A DNA stretch of 64,000 nucleotides from Alphaproteobacteria bacterium (GTDB lineage Bacteria > Pseudomonadota > Alphaproteobacteria > Bin95), in NCBI GenBank assembly GCA_963665325.3, contig CAXXWS020000003.1:192001-256000 (forward strand), in the 5' to 3' direction. How positions within the stretch are numbered: the stretch's first letter is position 1; each line of letters begins with the position of its first letter. A program made the translations under genes and the position numbers. Below, in pieces: positions 11,042 through 22,924 of the stretch. The notes under the pieces were generated by a model. That model searched no databases. It had not been told where the DNA came from and worked only from the letters and a program-made list of their open reading frames with translations.

Positions 11042-12832
11042 TCAATGGATTGGGACCGCAATTTCCTCGCCGGCTTGCAACCCCGCAAGGATCTCGACCG
11101 AGTGCCGGGTAGTGGGACCCACCTGCACTTCGCGCTCTCCCGACTTGCCCGTCGACGGGTCGATCACACGTACCCATCGGGTATCCGCGCGTACTTCCAC
11201 AGCATCGAGCGGCACCATCAATGCGGCTTCCTTGCTGTAGACCACAATCCGCAGCCGGCACGACATACCGGCCCGTATTTGCTCCTTCTGCGCCTGGTTG
11301 AGCGGATTCAGCGTGACCGCTACCTCGAAACGCGGCGGGCCCCGTAACTGCGTATCCGGTTGCGATGCGACGTGAGTCACCGTCCCGCGCAACTTGAGGT
11401 CGGGGAACGCATTACCGGTCACGGTTACTGCCTGACCGAGCGACAGCCGAGCCACATCGACCTCATCGACCTTCGCGGTTGCCGCCATGCGGCTGAAATC
11501 TCCGATGCTCAACAGCGCCTCACCCTTGGAGACCTTCCTGCCGACCGTCACGCGCGCCATGCCCCGGGGGGAAGGAAGAATCACGCCTGTCAGCGACGCG
11601 ACGATGCGGTCCTGATCCGGGCCCTCGGCCAGTTGCCGCATTTCCTGCTCCGCGGTCTTCAGCTCCAGCGCCGCTTTCTCCAGCGCCTTCTCTCCTCCTC
11701 TAGCCCGCGCAGTATTGAGTTCCTCGCGCGCCGATTCGAAGTCCAGGACCTGGCTCCGATACTGGCGCTCGGCCTCTTCATGTTCGGACGCGGGAATGAG
11801 ACCTTGCTCCAGCAGAAACGCAACCCGTTTCAATCGGGTCTCCTGGCTTTCAAGGGCCATCTTCGCTCGCGCGAAAGCCCGCCGCGCTTGCGCCATCTCG
11901 GGACTGTTCTCCCAGTCGCTGACGGTCTCGAAGGAATTTAACGCATCGATGTATTGCACCTGCGCATCGCGGTGCATTCGAGCCGCCTCAAACGTATCCA
12001 ACTCCATCAGAAGGTCGCCACGCTCGACTCTTTGACCGTATTGGAAGTGCCTGGCCAAGACACGGCCTTCAGTGGAACTGGTTATGGTGATCGTCCTCCA
12101 CGGCGCGAGCCTCCCCGACAACAAGATCGTCTCGCGCACGGGCTCGGCGGACACCGTCATGGTCTGAAGGCCATCGCCGGTATCGGCACCCGCTTCAGCG
12201 ATCGCGACGTCTCCCGACAAGCCGGAGAACATCGATCCGCCCAGGACGTCGAACGGCCGCCAGACATATACGCCTGCGCCGAGAAACACCCCGATCACCA
12301 GCACCGTTGCCGCGATCCGCGCCATCTGAACTTTCTTGAGCGTCTGAGCCAGGGTCTCGTTGCGTTCTTCGATTTGCCGATAGGCCCTCTGCAACTCGTC
12401 ATGTTGCGCCTCGGCCGCCTTCGCCATCCGCAGCTCGGTTTCCCGCAGTTCCTTTAGCTCAGTTATGTCGCTGAATACTGCAATCAACGCCACGGGCAAG
12501 GCTTCGCCGTCGGCGCGTTGCACCCTGATGTACGACGTCCCCACCGACAACAAGCGCGTGTCGCCGCCGACATCGACAGTGACCACCTGCCGGGCATCGT
12601 CGCCCTCGCCGGTGACAGCATCCAAGACCACTTCGCTGAGCTCCGCCAATCCCTCGCGAGCAACGAAATACTCTGCAAAGCTGCCTCCCGTTACCTCGTC
12701 GGGTGAGAGACCGAGGATACGCCCCGCAGCCTTATTGAAGGCCGAAACGATGCCGCCGTGCTCGACCACCAACACTCCGTCGAGCAAATTCTCCAGTACG
12801 CTGCCTTGGATATCGGTTTGTCCGGCTGTCAT
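11042..12832 (-). CDS. PAS-domain-fused MacA/HlyD-type periplasmic adaptor (membrane fusion protein)
   Basis: N-terminal PAS (VLENLLDGVLVVEHGGIVSAFNKAAGRILG...VFSDITELK), coiled coil, one TM segment, then barrel-sandwich (GQRVERGDLL), hairpin and beta-barrel (VDEVDVARLSLGQ, LMVPLDAV, GLQAGEEI). Confidence 0.88.
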   Translation of the reverse strand: MTAGQTDIQGSVLENLLDGVLVVEHGGIVSAFNKAAGRILGLSPDEVTGGSFAEYFVAREGLAELSEVVLDAVTGEGDDARQVVTVDVGGDTRLLSVGTSYIRVQRADGEALPVALIAVFSDITELKELRETELRMAKAAEAQHDELQRAYRQIEERNETLAQTLKKVQMARIAATVLVIGVFLGAGVYVWRPFDVLGGSMFSGLSGDVAIAEAGADTGDGLQTMTVSAEPVRETILLSGRLAPWRTITITSSTEGRVLARHFQYGQRVERGDLLMELDTFEAARMHRDAQVQYIDALNSFETVSDWENSPEMAQARRAFARAKMALESQETRLKRVAFLLEQGLIPASEHEEAERQYRSQVLDFESAREELNTARARGGEKALEKAALELKTAEQEMRQLAEGPDQDRIVASLTGVILPSPRGMARVTVGRKVSKGEALLSIGDFSRMAATAKVDEVDVARLSLGQAVTVTGNAFPDLKLRGTVTHVASQPDTQLRGPPRFEVAVTLNPLNQAQKEQIRAGMSCRLRIVVYSKEAALMVPLDAVEVRADTRWVRVIDPSTGKSGEREVQVGPTTRHSVEILAGLQAGEEIAVPIH

Positions 12833-13502
12833 CGGTAATCTATTCGACCGTGGCGTTACAGATCATGACCGGTGTGGCGAGCCTCCGGTGCGGCAAGGTC
12901 GGGCCCGATCCTGGATGCCGGCGGAACTGCGCCGCGCGGCGACACGATCGAATTGCGAAGACAGCCGAGTACGGACCCTCCGGCGACAACGCTTGAAAAC
13001 CGCGCAAGAACCTTACGTCTGCCCAAAATCTATCGGTCCGCGGCGCCGACCGGATCGGGTCATCCAACACGAGCGTGCACTCCCACTCCGCCTTCGCGCT
13101 GCCCGCCGGGACGCATGCCGATGTTCATGGGGTCGCAGCCGGCACGACACGAACATGGTCCTGCGAACTTGCGTGCCGGGTTCTTGCCGCGTAGCAACGC
13201 CGGTGCCTGTCGGTCACGTACCCGCGTTGAGCTGACGCAGCGCTGTTCAATTGCCGGTGCGACACCACGCGGGCCCCTTCATTGTCCTCGAACGCACCGA
13301 CGCCCGCCAGGTACGACGGAACTCTGGGCGGCGACGCGGAGAAGATGGCTGCACAACGGACCTTGACGATCGTTCGCGCGTCGGTAGCGCCCGTATTCTC
13401 GCTGTTATGTGGGCTTCGAAGCTGACCGAGATTCAACCTACATTGAGCATATTTTATTACGATTGTATAGTGATTTGCCCGATCACGTGTGAGGACTGTT
13501 AA

Positions 13503-13553
13503 CGGCGGAGCAAAATTGTACCGACGGCGCAAAATTGTACCGGCGGCGCAAAA
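13503..13553. repeat. 19-bp tandem repeat, ~2.5 copies (GCAAAATTGTACCG[A/G]CGGC)
   Basis: Units start at 13510, 13529 and 13548. Confidence 0.7.
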
Positions 13554-13674
13554 GAGAGTGTATCACGGGCTTGATGGCGGAAGCCGGCGTCGCAACCGGC
13601 GAGGACGACTCTGCCGCCAAGCCCGGTTCTGCACCGGTCACCGGCTGCGCCCGGCGCCCGCCCGCGTCCCGCGC

Positions 13675-16600
13675 CTACCAGCGCAGCGCGCCGCGCAGCA
13701 TCACGCCGTGCTCGGCCTTGCCGGCTCCGTTGTCATTGGCTGCCTCGTGGCGGGTGGCCTCGACGCCCAGCGAGAACGAACGCAGCCGCTCCGATGAGAA
13801 CCGCCAGCCGAGGCGCCAGTCACGCGCCCCGGCATCGCCGAACCCGAAGCCCGCATAGGGCGTGCCGGTCAGGCCGTCCGACAGGGACAGACCATAGCCG
13901 AGTTCCGTGTCGAGGCGTACGCCCGGCTGCTCCCTGTCGCCGTCCCCGGCCAACCCGCCGGGCGCCGCATCCCACAGCCGCCCGGCCTGGTCCCGGGCGC
14001 CCCATGACGGCGTCATCGACAGCGACAGCCCGCGGCCCGACGCACCCGGAACCATCCGCAGCGAACCGCTCGCTCCCCATTCGTCGTAGCCGCCCGCCTC
14101 ATGCGCCGCCAGGCCGTAGAGGCGAAGGTCCGAGGTCAGACCGGCTGCCGGCGCGGACCATGTGAGCCCGGCGCCCACCTCCACGCCCGAACCCGTCTCC
14201 GCATCGCCGCCGTCATGGCGCAACCCGAGCGACAGCGACGGCGCCAGCGCCCCGCCGTCCGCCAGCGCGAACGCCCGCGACCCTTCCAATACGGCCCGCA
14301 CGCGGCTTGCATCGCCCGTCGCAGCCCCGAGATTGCCGACACCGGGCGTCGATACCCGCGCCGACACGCTCCGCACGAAGAACGCATCCGTCTTCAGCGC
14401 CAGCGCAAGCCCGCCATCGGCCCCGGGACGCAGCAGCTCTGCGCGCCCGCCCGCGGCCGCAAGCTGCACGGCGATGTCCGCCGTCTGCCATCCGTCGCCC
14501 CGCGAGAGCGACATGGAGCCGCTCCCCGAACCGACCACGCTCCAGAACGACAGCCGCTCGCCCGCCTGCACGTGCATATAGGGCGTAACCATCGAGAGCG
14601 CGCCCTCGATGTCGTATTGCAGACCCGTTTGATCGAACGCCGCGCTACCCTTCTCGACGCTCCGCGACAGCGCCACTCCGACCAGAAGCCTGTCCCGCTC
14701 CCAGTCCATGCCGAGCACGCCGGTCGCCGTCTCGCTCGTAAACGACAGCCCGCCGCCAGACGAACTGCTCGACCCGCCCGACAGCACCTTGCCCCAGCCG
14801 GTCATCGCGCCCCCCAGGCCCGACGCCTCGCCGGTCGTGAAGTGGAACGAACTCCCGAGCAGAAGATCGCGCCCCGTAACCGGCTGCGCCGGCGCCAAGG
14901 CGACGGCCTCGTTCCAGGATCCGCCGATCCCGTGCCGCGCGAACCGGTCGTCGTCGTTCGCCACCGGCGCACCCGGCGCGCCCGGCGCGCCGAACGTCCG
15001 CGCAAGCCCCGTCATCGTCTCCGCCAGCGCCTTGTCGTCGCCGATCCGCGAGAGGTCCATGCTCTGGCCCGCCACCGTCATCGTCATGCGCGGCGAGGCG
15101 TCCGACCCGATGGCGAAGCGCCCCTCCAGAGCCTGGATTGTCTGGAGGGCCACCGTGCGCCCGAAGCGCGAGAGCCACATCTTCTGGAGCGGATCCGAGT
15201 TCGTGATGGTCCCTGTGGCCGTGGCGTCGGAGAGCCACGCCCCCGACGGGTTCGACAGCGTCAGCGTCAGCGTCTCGCCGTCGTCGTCATGGGCGTCGTC
15301 GAGCACCGGCACCGACACCGTCTTCGACGTCTCGCCAGCCGCGAAGCTGAGCGTGCCCGACGCCGCCGTGTAGTCGTCGCCCGCTACCGCCGTCACGTCC
15401 GACGTGGCGTAGTCCACCGTCACCGTGCCCGACGCCGCGCGCGACAGCTCGACCGTAAAGGCCAGCGACGCGTTCAGGCCCTCGTCCGCCTCCGCGTCCT
15501 GAACCGCAAGCGAAGGTGGGCCCTGGATCGTGGCCGTCACCGGCCCCGTGAGCGAACGTCCGCCGCTCGCGCACACCGCGCCCGGCTGGCCGCAGGCCGG
15601 CAGCGGCGTCGCCAACGCCAGCGTCACCGCTGCGTTGCCCGACGGCTCGATCGTCAGCTCGAAACCCTGCTCCGAGCCCTGCTCGGTGCGCTTCGCGCGC
15701 TCGATCCTGCCGCCGCTCACCGTGAACAGGCTGTCGCGCACTGTCCGGAAGCCCACCCTCTCCGGCTCCTCGCTGAACGCGAGCTTCAGCGTGAACGTGC
15801 CCGACCCGTCATGCTCGGTCGGCACGTTCTCGAACGACGCCGTGAGCGGCGTCACCGTCGGACCCGCGATCTCCGCGCTCGCCGCGGCCGACAGCTTGAG
15901 TCCCCCGGCCGCGCAGATGGCACCGGTCCCATTGCACGCGCCGGTGGTCGCCGGCAGGTGCACCGTCACCGGACCGGACCCGGAGGGCTCTACGCGGATC
16001 TCCCACAGATCGCTCCGACCGTCCACACGCCTCGCGCCAGTCACCGCCCCGCCGGTCACAGAGAACGCCTCGTCGCGCAGCACTCGGAAGCCGGTCACGA
16101 TCGCCTCGCTGAATTGCAGGCGCAGCGTGATGGTGCTGCCGGCCCCGGAATGGGCATTGGGAACGACCGGCCAGCTCGCCGTCAATGGCCCCTCCGCAGC
16201 CGGCCGGGTGACCTTCGTGACGCCGGGATGGTCAAGCGCCACCGTGGGTCCGTTGAGGCTGCGGATTTCGCCGCCGTTCGTGGAAAGACTGTCGGCCACC
16301 AGGGCGACCTTGCGAAGCGGACTCTGCGCCGTCGTCACCACGTGCTCGAGCACCAGCCGGTACGCGCCCGAAACCCCGGAAAACGACGCTCTCGCCTCGG
16401 TCTCCCGATCGCCGAGCTTCAGCGTGACACCTGGAATGCCGTTGGTTGTCGTCACCGTGATTCGTTCATCGAACTCGAGTGTCACGCGGATACGCTCTCC
16501 GGTCGTCCACTCGCCGTTGCCGTCGTCGTCATCCAGGACTTGTGCAGTAGTCACTCTGGATCGGACTTCGACCTCCGGGCTGGAGCTGTCGCAATCGGTG

Positions 16601-19600
16601 GCGTCGGATGTATCGCGCCGGAATTCGGCGGACGCCAGATTGCCCGCCGCGGTGACGGCATGGGTCACCGCGGCGGCCGGGACACTCACCGTCACGGGCT
16701 GGCCCCACGTGGTGGGCGTGACCCGCACCCGGTAGCCCAGCATACGGTCGTACGGTCGATCGACGAGGTATGCCGTGGCATTGGCGAGGATGACGTCGTC
16801 GCCCGGATCGAATCCCTGCACGGGCTCGTAATGAAGGATTCCGTCGCGCCTCGTCGTGAAGCCGATGGTGACAAAGAAGGAACCCTGTTCGTCCGCGGTC
16901 GTCGCCGGATCGTCGAAGTCGCGGCAAACCGGGTCCGGCACCGGCGTGTCGCCGGACAATCCGCTGTCTCCCGCGCGCACCACTGTCCGGTGCGGCCTGG
17001 ACAGATCGACCGACACAGCGTAGGCGTCGTTCGAGACGACCCAGCTACCGCCGTTGCGTGCGCGCATTCGCAGGGCATAGCGCTGATTCCCGATCACCGA
17101 CAGGACGCGGTAGCCGAGGCCGTCCACGCATTCGACATCGGAAGAGCCGGTCCCCATGGGCTGCCAATGCGTGCTGTCCCAATCGATCGGGCTCGAGGGA
17201 TCGACGGCGATCATCTTCATCCCGATATCGCGCAACGCGCTCGCCTGCACACCGTCGGGCTTCCAGCAAACGTCGATCGCCGTACCGCCCTGCGCTGTGT
17301 CCCGAGGGGACAGCCCGATTGCGGTCAGCCCCGTCGCTTCGGTCGTGACTTCGGCTGCCACCGCAGCCGACGGCGGGCTCGCGCCGTTCGCTCCGATGGC
17401 CGACACGCGGTAGTGACGCGTCTCGCCGGTGTTCAGGCCCGAACGATGCACGTAGACGGTGTCGGCGCTGCCGGTATCGCCTTCCACCTCGGCCCATACG
17501 GCACCTCCGTCGTAGGATGCTTCGATCCTGTAGCCCAGAACGGCACCCGGCGGCGCCGTCCAGCGCAGCGTGACCCGCCCCGCGGTCGCCGCGACGCTGT
17601 CGATGACGACTCGACCCGGATTTGGCGACGCCGGCTCGTCGTCCAGGACCGTCACCGACAGGTCCATTCTCTCCGAGCCGTAGCCCCCGCCCGAGGCGAC
17701 GTGCGTCAGCGCCGCGGTGTCGTTCGTCGAATCGGCATCATGGCCCGCCGTCACCTCCACCGTCTGCGCTTCATCCCAGTTCGACGGGGTGAAGGTCAGG
17801 TTCGTCCTGTCGAGCTCCAGCTCCGTCGCCGCCGTCCCCGCGATCGTCACCGTCACCATCGCCGTCGGCTCCGACCTCAGCGCCACCGTGTAGCTTCGGC
17901 TCTCGCCCTCATCGACCGCCAGCGACGACGAGCCGATCGCCAGACCCCGCTCGTCGTCGTCCACGATCGTCAGCGTCGTCCCCATGACCGTCAGCCCCAC
18001 CGTCGCCGTCATTCCCGACATCGTCAGCATCTCGTCGGCCTCGGCCACGTCGTCGGGCGTCGGTGTCAGCGTGAATGTTGCCGTTCCCGAGGTCTGTCCG
18101 GCTGGAATGGTGAGCGTCAGATCGTTCACCGTCGCGTAGTCCGTTCCCTCCGCCGCGGCGTCACCGCTCGCGCCTACCGAGACCGTCAACACCGTGTCCG
18201 TTGCGTGGGAGGAATTGTTCAGGGTTCCCGTCACGGTCACGGTGGTCGCGGCTGCGTCCTCGGCCACAACCGACGGGGTCGTCGACAGGCTCACCGTCGT
18301 CGAGACGATCTCGTCGTCGTTCACGGTCACCGGGACGTCGTCCGCCTCCACCGAGGCATAGTCCGCGCCCGAGACCGCGTGCGTCACGGTCGCCGTGTCA
18401 TTCTCCGGATCATCGTCTTGGGCCGCCGACACCGTCACCGTCTTTACGTCGTTCCAGTCGTCGGTCGTGAAGGTCAACGTCGCGGGCGACACCGTGACGT
18501 CCACGTTGTCGCTCACCGCCGGCGTCACCGTCACCGTCCCGGTGGGCCGGGTGCCGAGCCTGATGTGGTAACGACCCGAATCTCCTTCGTCGATCGCGAG
18601 CGAATCGGCGCCAATCAGCACTCTCGCGTCATCCGGGGGCGTCAGGCTTCCGTCCACCTTGTGGTCGGACACATTCCTCAGCGACCCGTGAGCGAGTGAA
18701 GCGTTCGTGCCATCAGCATCGCGAATGGTCCCTCGGCGGAGCTTGAGAGAATTGACATTGATGGTGATGCCGTCGTCGTCCGCGTCGCCGCTCTGTACCG
18801 TGTAGCGGAACACCAGTGTGTCGGTTCCGCTGCCGTCGGCGTAGTCTAGGAACGGCTTGGAGACCGATCCCGAGCCCGTCGACCGAAGCGAAAACCTCAA
18901 CCGGGGCGTGCCGCCGCCAGTGTCCACGTAGACCGCCTTGCTGAACCGGACGCTCGCCTCGATCGTCTCACCCGCCCCGTAGGTGCCGACCCCCGCGGCA
19001 GGTATCGAGGACGGGGAGACCCCGCCCGCGACGATGACCGGCCGCGCGGCATTGATCGCATGGCCGGCCTGCGAAGAAAGCGCCACAGTGGAGTACGACT
19101 CGCGATCGACCTCGGCCGCGATGGCGTCGTTTACTTCCCTTCGCGTGATCATCCCGCCGTTCAGCGACAAGGCCGAGGAGGTCGCCATGGGCCCAAGGGG
19201 GGCATAGTCGCCGGTGGTCACCGCGTAGTCGAAAAGCGCGGTCCTGTCGCCTGACATGCCGCTGTAGGTGGCATTCGCGGTCAGGCCCGCGTGCAGGTAG
19301 AAGCGAAACGTCGGCATGCCGCCATCGGTCACGAACCGAACGTCCCGGTCGAAGGTCACCGCGAAGCGAATCGTCTCGCCCGTGGCGTAGCTGCGGCCGC
19401 TCGTCGGGGTCGAAGCGACACTCGTGCCGGCCACGAGCGGCGCGACATGCACCTTGTGCGCCGACCTGTTCGTCAAGGCGTCATGCGACAATTCCGCATT
19501 CTTGCCGTTCGATGTGCCCGTGATCGACCCGGCATTCAGCGCCAGGCTGCTTGCCACGACGCCGACCCCGTCATGATCGTAGTCACCCGCCCCGACCTCG

Positions 19601-20822
19601 TAGGAGAACACCAGGTCCGTCGTCGTGCTCTCGGAGGCGACGTAGCTCGCTTTCCTGGTCTCGTTAAGCTGGAGTTCGATTTGCGGCGTGCCGGCGACCG
19701 TGACGGCCCTCGAGAATCTCAGTCGGATCTTGATGTCGTCTCCGGCCACATACTCGCTGTCTGCGCCGGCCTGCGAGATGATGGCAACCCCGTCCGCAAC
19801 GATTTTCGGCGGCGTGTCGGGATCCACCGCCGCCTCCACCGTCACCGTGTAGGGCGCACTCGCCGCGGCGTTCCAGTCCGCCGACGCCGCCGCCGACGCC
19901 GTCACCGGGCACGACCCCACCCCCACCAGCGTCAGCACCCCGGTCGACGCCGCCACCGAGCACACCCCCGACGCCGAGGCCGGCACCGAGTAGCTCACCA
20001 CCGTCTCGGCACCGCTCGGCGCCGTCACCGTCGGCGCGCTCGCGCCCAACGTCACCGTCGACGCGCTGTAGGCGAACCCCGACAGGTCCTGCTCCCCCTT
20101 CGCCACCGCCGGGAACGTGATGTCCACCGCCGCCGGGTTGCCCGCCGCGTCGAGCACCGTCACCACCGCCTCCGACGCGGACGCGGACGCCGCCGTCGGC
20201 GTGCCCGACACCACCCCCGTCGACGCCGCGATGGCCAGCCCCGCCGGCAACCCCGACGCCTCATACCCGGCGATGTCCGCACCGTCCGTCGGGCTCAGCG
20301 CCGCCATCGCCTCGCCCACCTGCAGCGCCGCCGGCGCCACATATGTCGGCGCCGTCGGACCGCTCAGGTCCACAACCACCGTGCGCGTCACATCCGCCGA
20401 CGTGTACCCCGACTTCTGCGCCGACACCGTCACCGTCACGCTCGCGCCCGTCACATAGGACGCGTCCGCCGGCACCCGCACCGACCACCGCGCCGCACCC
20501 GACACATCCGCCGACGTCGCCGTCAGCGTCGTCCCGCCAATCTCAACCTCCACGCCCGCACCCGTCACCGTGCCCGTGCCGCCCGAAATCGCGAACCCAG
20601 ACGCCTTCTCCGCGATGTTCACCGTGTCGTCGCCCGCCACCTTGTCGACCGTCAGCTCCAGCGACGGCGGCGTCTCGTCGTCGGCGAGCCCGAGCGTCGT
20701 CCCGGTCACCGTGAGATCGTCCTCGCGGCCCGACACCGCGATCGTCTCGGCCCCCTCGTAGACAGCGTCGTCGGTCGGCGTCAGCGTGAACGTCGCCTCG
20801 CCCGTCGGCGCGCCGGCGGCGA
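13675..20822 (-). pseudogene. 3' part of a giant adhesin (Ig-like, Calx-beta and FN3 domains, C-terminal autotransporter-like beta-barrel), separated from its 5' part by a transposon
   Basis: Continues the 621-aa repeat of the 5' part; Calx-beta motif VTVDYATSDVTAVAGDDY; FN3 motif LRWTAP...YRVSAI; barrel region ending VMLRGALRW. Confidence 0.88.
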
Positions 20823-21068
20823 TGAGTGTGCTCTCGGTATCTGATGGCGGGATGGTCACGTTGTTCGATGGTTTTCAGGCGTCGGGCCGGGCGTGACGGC
20901 GGGGGTGTCGGACGGCCGTCGGCGCGTCAAGCCGCTTCGCGGCTCCTGCGCTGCGCTCCGGCCCTTCGGGTGACCCGCCGCCGTCCCTCCGACGGAGTGC
21001 ATCCATGGCCGTAAGCAAGCTTCCGGCCACGGGCCGGCCGCTTTACGCAGTGTGACAATGGGAGCGGT

Positions 21069-21129
21069 GTTACCCGTTACCGTTACCCTCTCTCCCTAGG
21101 GGTTCGAGGCGGTAACGGTTTTCGGTAAC
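21069..21129. repeat. GTTACC x3 facing GGTAAC x2 (iteron- or origin-like)
   Basis: GTTACC at 21069, 21076 and 21082; GGTAAC at 21111 and 21124; they flank the stop codon of the AAA_25 gene. Confidence 0.6.
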
Positions 21130-22094
21130 GTGTCCCTGCGGTCGTTGCCGTTGAGGGCGGCGAGGCGGTATCCGCCTTCGGATGCGCGCTCGACGCGTCC
21201 TTCGCGGACGAGCCTGTGCAGCGCCTCGGCGACGGTTGCGGGCCGGGTTGCCGCGCGCTCGCGGATCCGGCGCTGGGAGAGCGGCGCGTCGGCGTCGGCG
21301 AGGGCCTGCAGGATGCGCCGTTCGGGGGTATCCGGCTCCGGCGCCTGGTCTTCCGGCGTCTCGCGCAACCGCAGGGCGGGGCGCTCGTCGTCGTCGGCGA
21401 GTTCGATCTCGAGGTCTTCGAGGCCAGGGGCGTCGCGATGCTCGACGGTCATGAGGATCTGGCGGTCTCGCCGGCGCAGGTACAGATTCGAATCGCCCCA
21501 GGCGTGAAGTTCGCTGCTGCCGCGCAGCGCCTGCCCGGGCCGGGAGCCGCCGCTCTTTCGTGCGTGATGGACGAGGAGGACGGCGGTTTCGAAGCGGCGC
21601 TGTATGTCGCGCAGGAAGCCCAGCATGGGGGCGACCTCGGCGACGGTATTTTCGTCGACGCCGTGCAGGCGCACGAGGGGGTCGAGGACGACGAGGCGGG
21701 GTGAGACGCGCTCCACCGTCTCGACCAGGCGCTGGCGATCGGCGCGATGGTCGAGACGCAGCGTGGGCACGTCGATGACGGCGATGTCGAGGGTCTCGAA
21801 CGCGGTGCCTGCCGCCTTTGCGATGCCCTGGAGGCGTGCGCGCACGATATGGCCGGCGTCCTCGGCGGCGAACAGCAGCACGGGGCCGCTTGCGGCGGGA
21901 CGGAAGTGGCGCAGGCAGGGGACGCCGGCGGCGACCGCGACGGCGATGTCGAGTGCGAGGAAGGATTTGCCGCACTTGGGCTCGCCGCCGACGATGCCGA
22001 CGCCCTGCTCGGACCACAACGCCTCGACCATCCAGCGGCGCGCCTGGGGGCGCTCTTCGAGCTCCGCCGGCGCCCGTGTCGGGAAGCCCTTCAC
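21096..22094 (-). CDS. AAA_25 / RepA-like (RecA-superfamily) helicase with C-terminal winged helix
   Basis: GTG at 22094 overlapping the upstream TGA (GTGA) with GAGGAGG RBS; Walker A GEPKCGKS; LVVLDPL, LVHHARK and LRGSS motifs. Confidence 0.85.
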   Translation of the reverse strand: MKGFPTRAPAELEERPQARRWMVEALWSEQGVGIVGGEPKCGKSFLALDIAVAVAAGVPCLRHFRPAASGPVLLFAAEDAGHIVRARLQGIAKAAGTAFETLDIAVIDVPTLRLDHRADRQRLVETVERVSPRLVVLDPLVRLHGVDENTVAEVAPMLGFLRDIQRRFETAVLLVHHARKSGGSRPGQALRGSSELHAWGDSNLYLRRRDRQILMTVEHRDAPGLEDLEIELADDDERPALRLRETPEDQAPEPDTPERRILQALADADAPLSQRRIRERAATRPATVAEALHRLVREGRVERASEGGYRLAALNGNDRRDTLPKTVTASNP

Positions 22095-22924
22095 CGCCGC
22101 GCCCTCCTCGGCTTGGCGGGTTCGCCCAGGGTCTCGATGAAGAGCTTCTCGTCGAGGACCTCGCGCTCCTTCTCGGCGGCGGCGGCGAGCAGGGCGTCGG
22201 CCATGACGGTGAGCGCCCGCGGGTTGCCGTCGGCATGGGCGACCAGGGTGTCCTTGAGGCCCGCGGTCATGAGGCCGGGATTGCCGGCCTGCTCGATCAG
22301 ATGGTCGAGCAGGGCCGCGAGGTCGCCGGCCTCGGCCTTGGTCATGACCAGGCGCTGGCGGATGCGCGAGGCGATGGGCTGCAGATCGGGCTGGCGGAGC
22401 TTGTCGAGCAGGCGCGTGTCGCCGGCGAGGACGACCGAGAGGATGGCGCGCGAGTCGAAGTCGGTCGAAGCCAGCAGGCGGATCTCGGAGAACACCGAGG
22501 GCAGCAGCTCCTGGGCCTCGTCGACGAGCACGACGGGGCGCATGCGGGTATCGTCGACATGGGCGAGCCAGCGCTCGCGCAGGCTTTTGAAGCTGGCCCA
22601 GCGGTTGTTGTACATCAGGTCGACGCCGAACATCTCGCCGATCTCGCGGTAGAAGTCGGACAGCCGGGAGGAGGGATGGGTGATGGCGGCGATGCTGAGC
22701 CCCTCGCAGCGGCCGAGACGGTCGGCGAGCAGGCGCAACGCCACACTCTTTCCGGCGCCGGGCTCGCCGGCGATCAAGGCGAAGCCGCCCTGGCGCACCA
22801 GGTGGCGCTCGATCCTGAGGCAGAAGCTGTCGACGGCAGGCGTCGCCATGAGACTGTCGACCGGCAGGTCGGTGGCGAAGGGGTTCCACTTGAGCCCGTA
22901 GAAGGTGAGCAGTTCCCGGTTCAT
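22091..22924 (-). CDS. ExeA/GspA-like AAA ATPase (transposition helper)
   Basis: FYGLKWNPF, Walker A GEPGAGKS, Walker B VVLVDEAQ, GNPR; ATGA overlap with the integrase. Confidence 0.88.
   Translation of the reverse strand: MNRELLTFYGLKWNPFATDLPVDSLMATPAVDSFCLRIERHLVRQGGFALIAGEPGAGKSVALRLLADRLGRCEGLSIAAITHPSSRLSDFYREIGEMFGVDLMYNNRWASFKSLRERWLAHVDDTRMRPVVLVDEAQELLPSVFSEIRLLASTDFDSRAILSVVLAGDTRLLDKLRQPDLQPIASRIRQRLVMTKAEAGDLAALLDHLIEQAGNPGLMTAGLKDTLVAHADGNPRALTVMADALLAAAAEKEREVLDEKLFIETLGEPAKPRRARR

Noticed and set aside
5546-12832. Exporter acting as a type I secretion system for the giant adhesin
   Set aside because: The adhesin has a Sec-type signal and a terminal beta-barrel, and the ABC parts are MacB-type rather than HlyB-type
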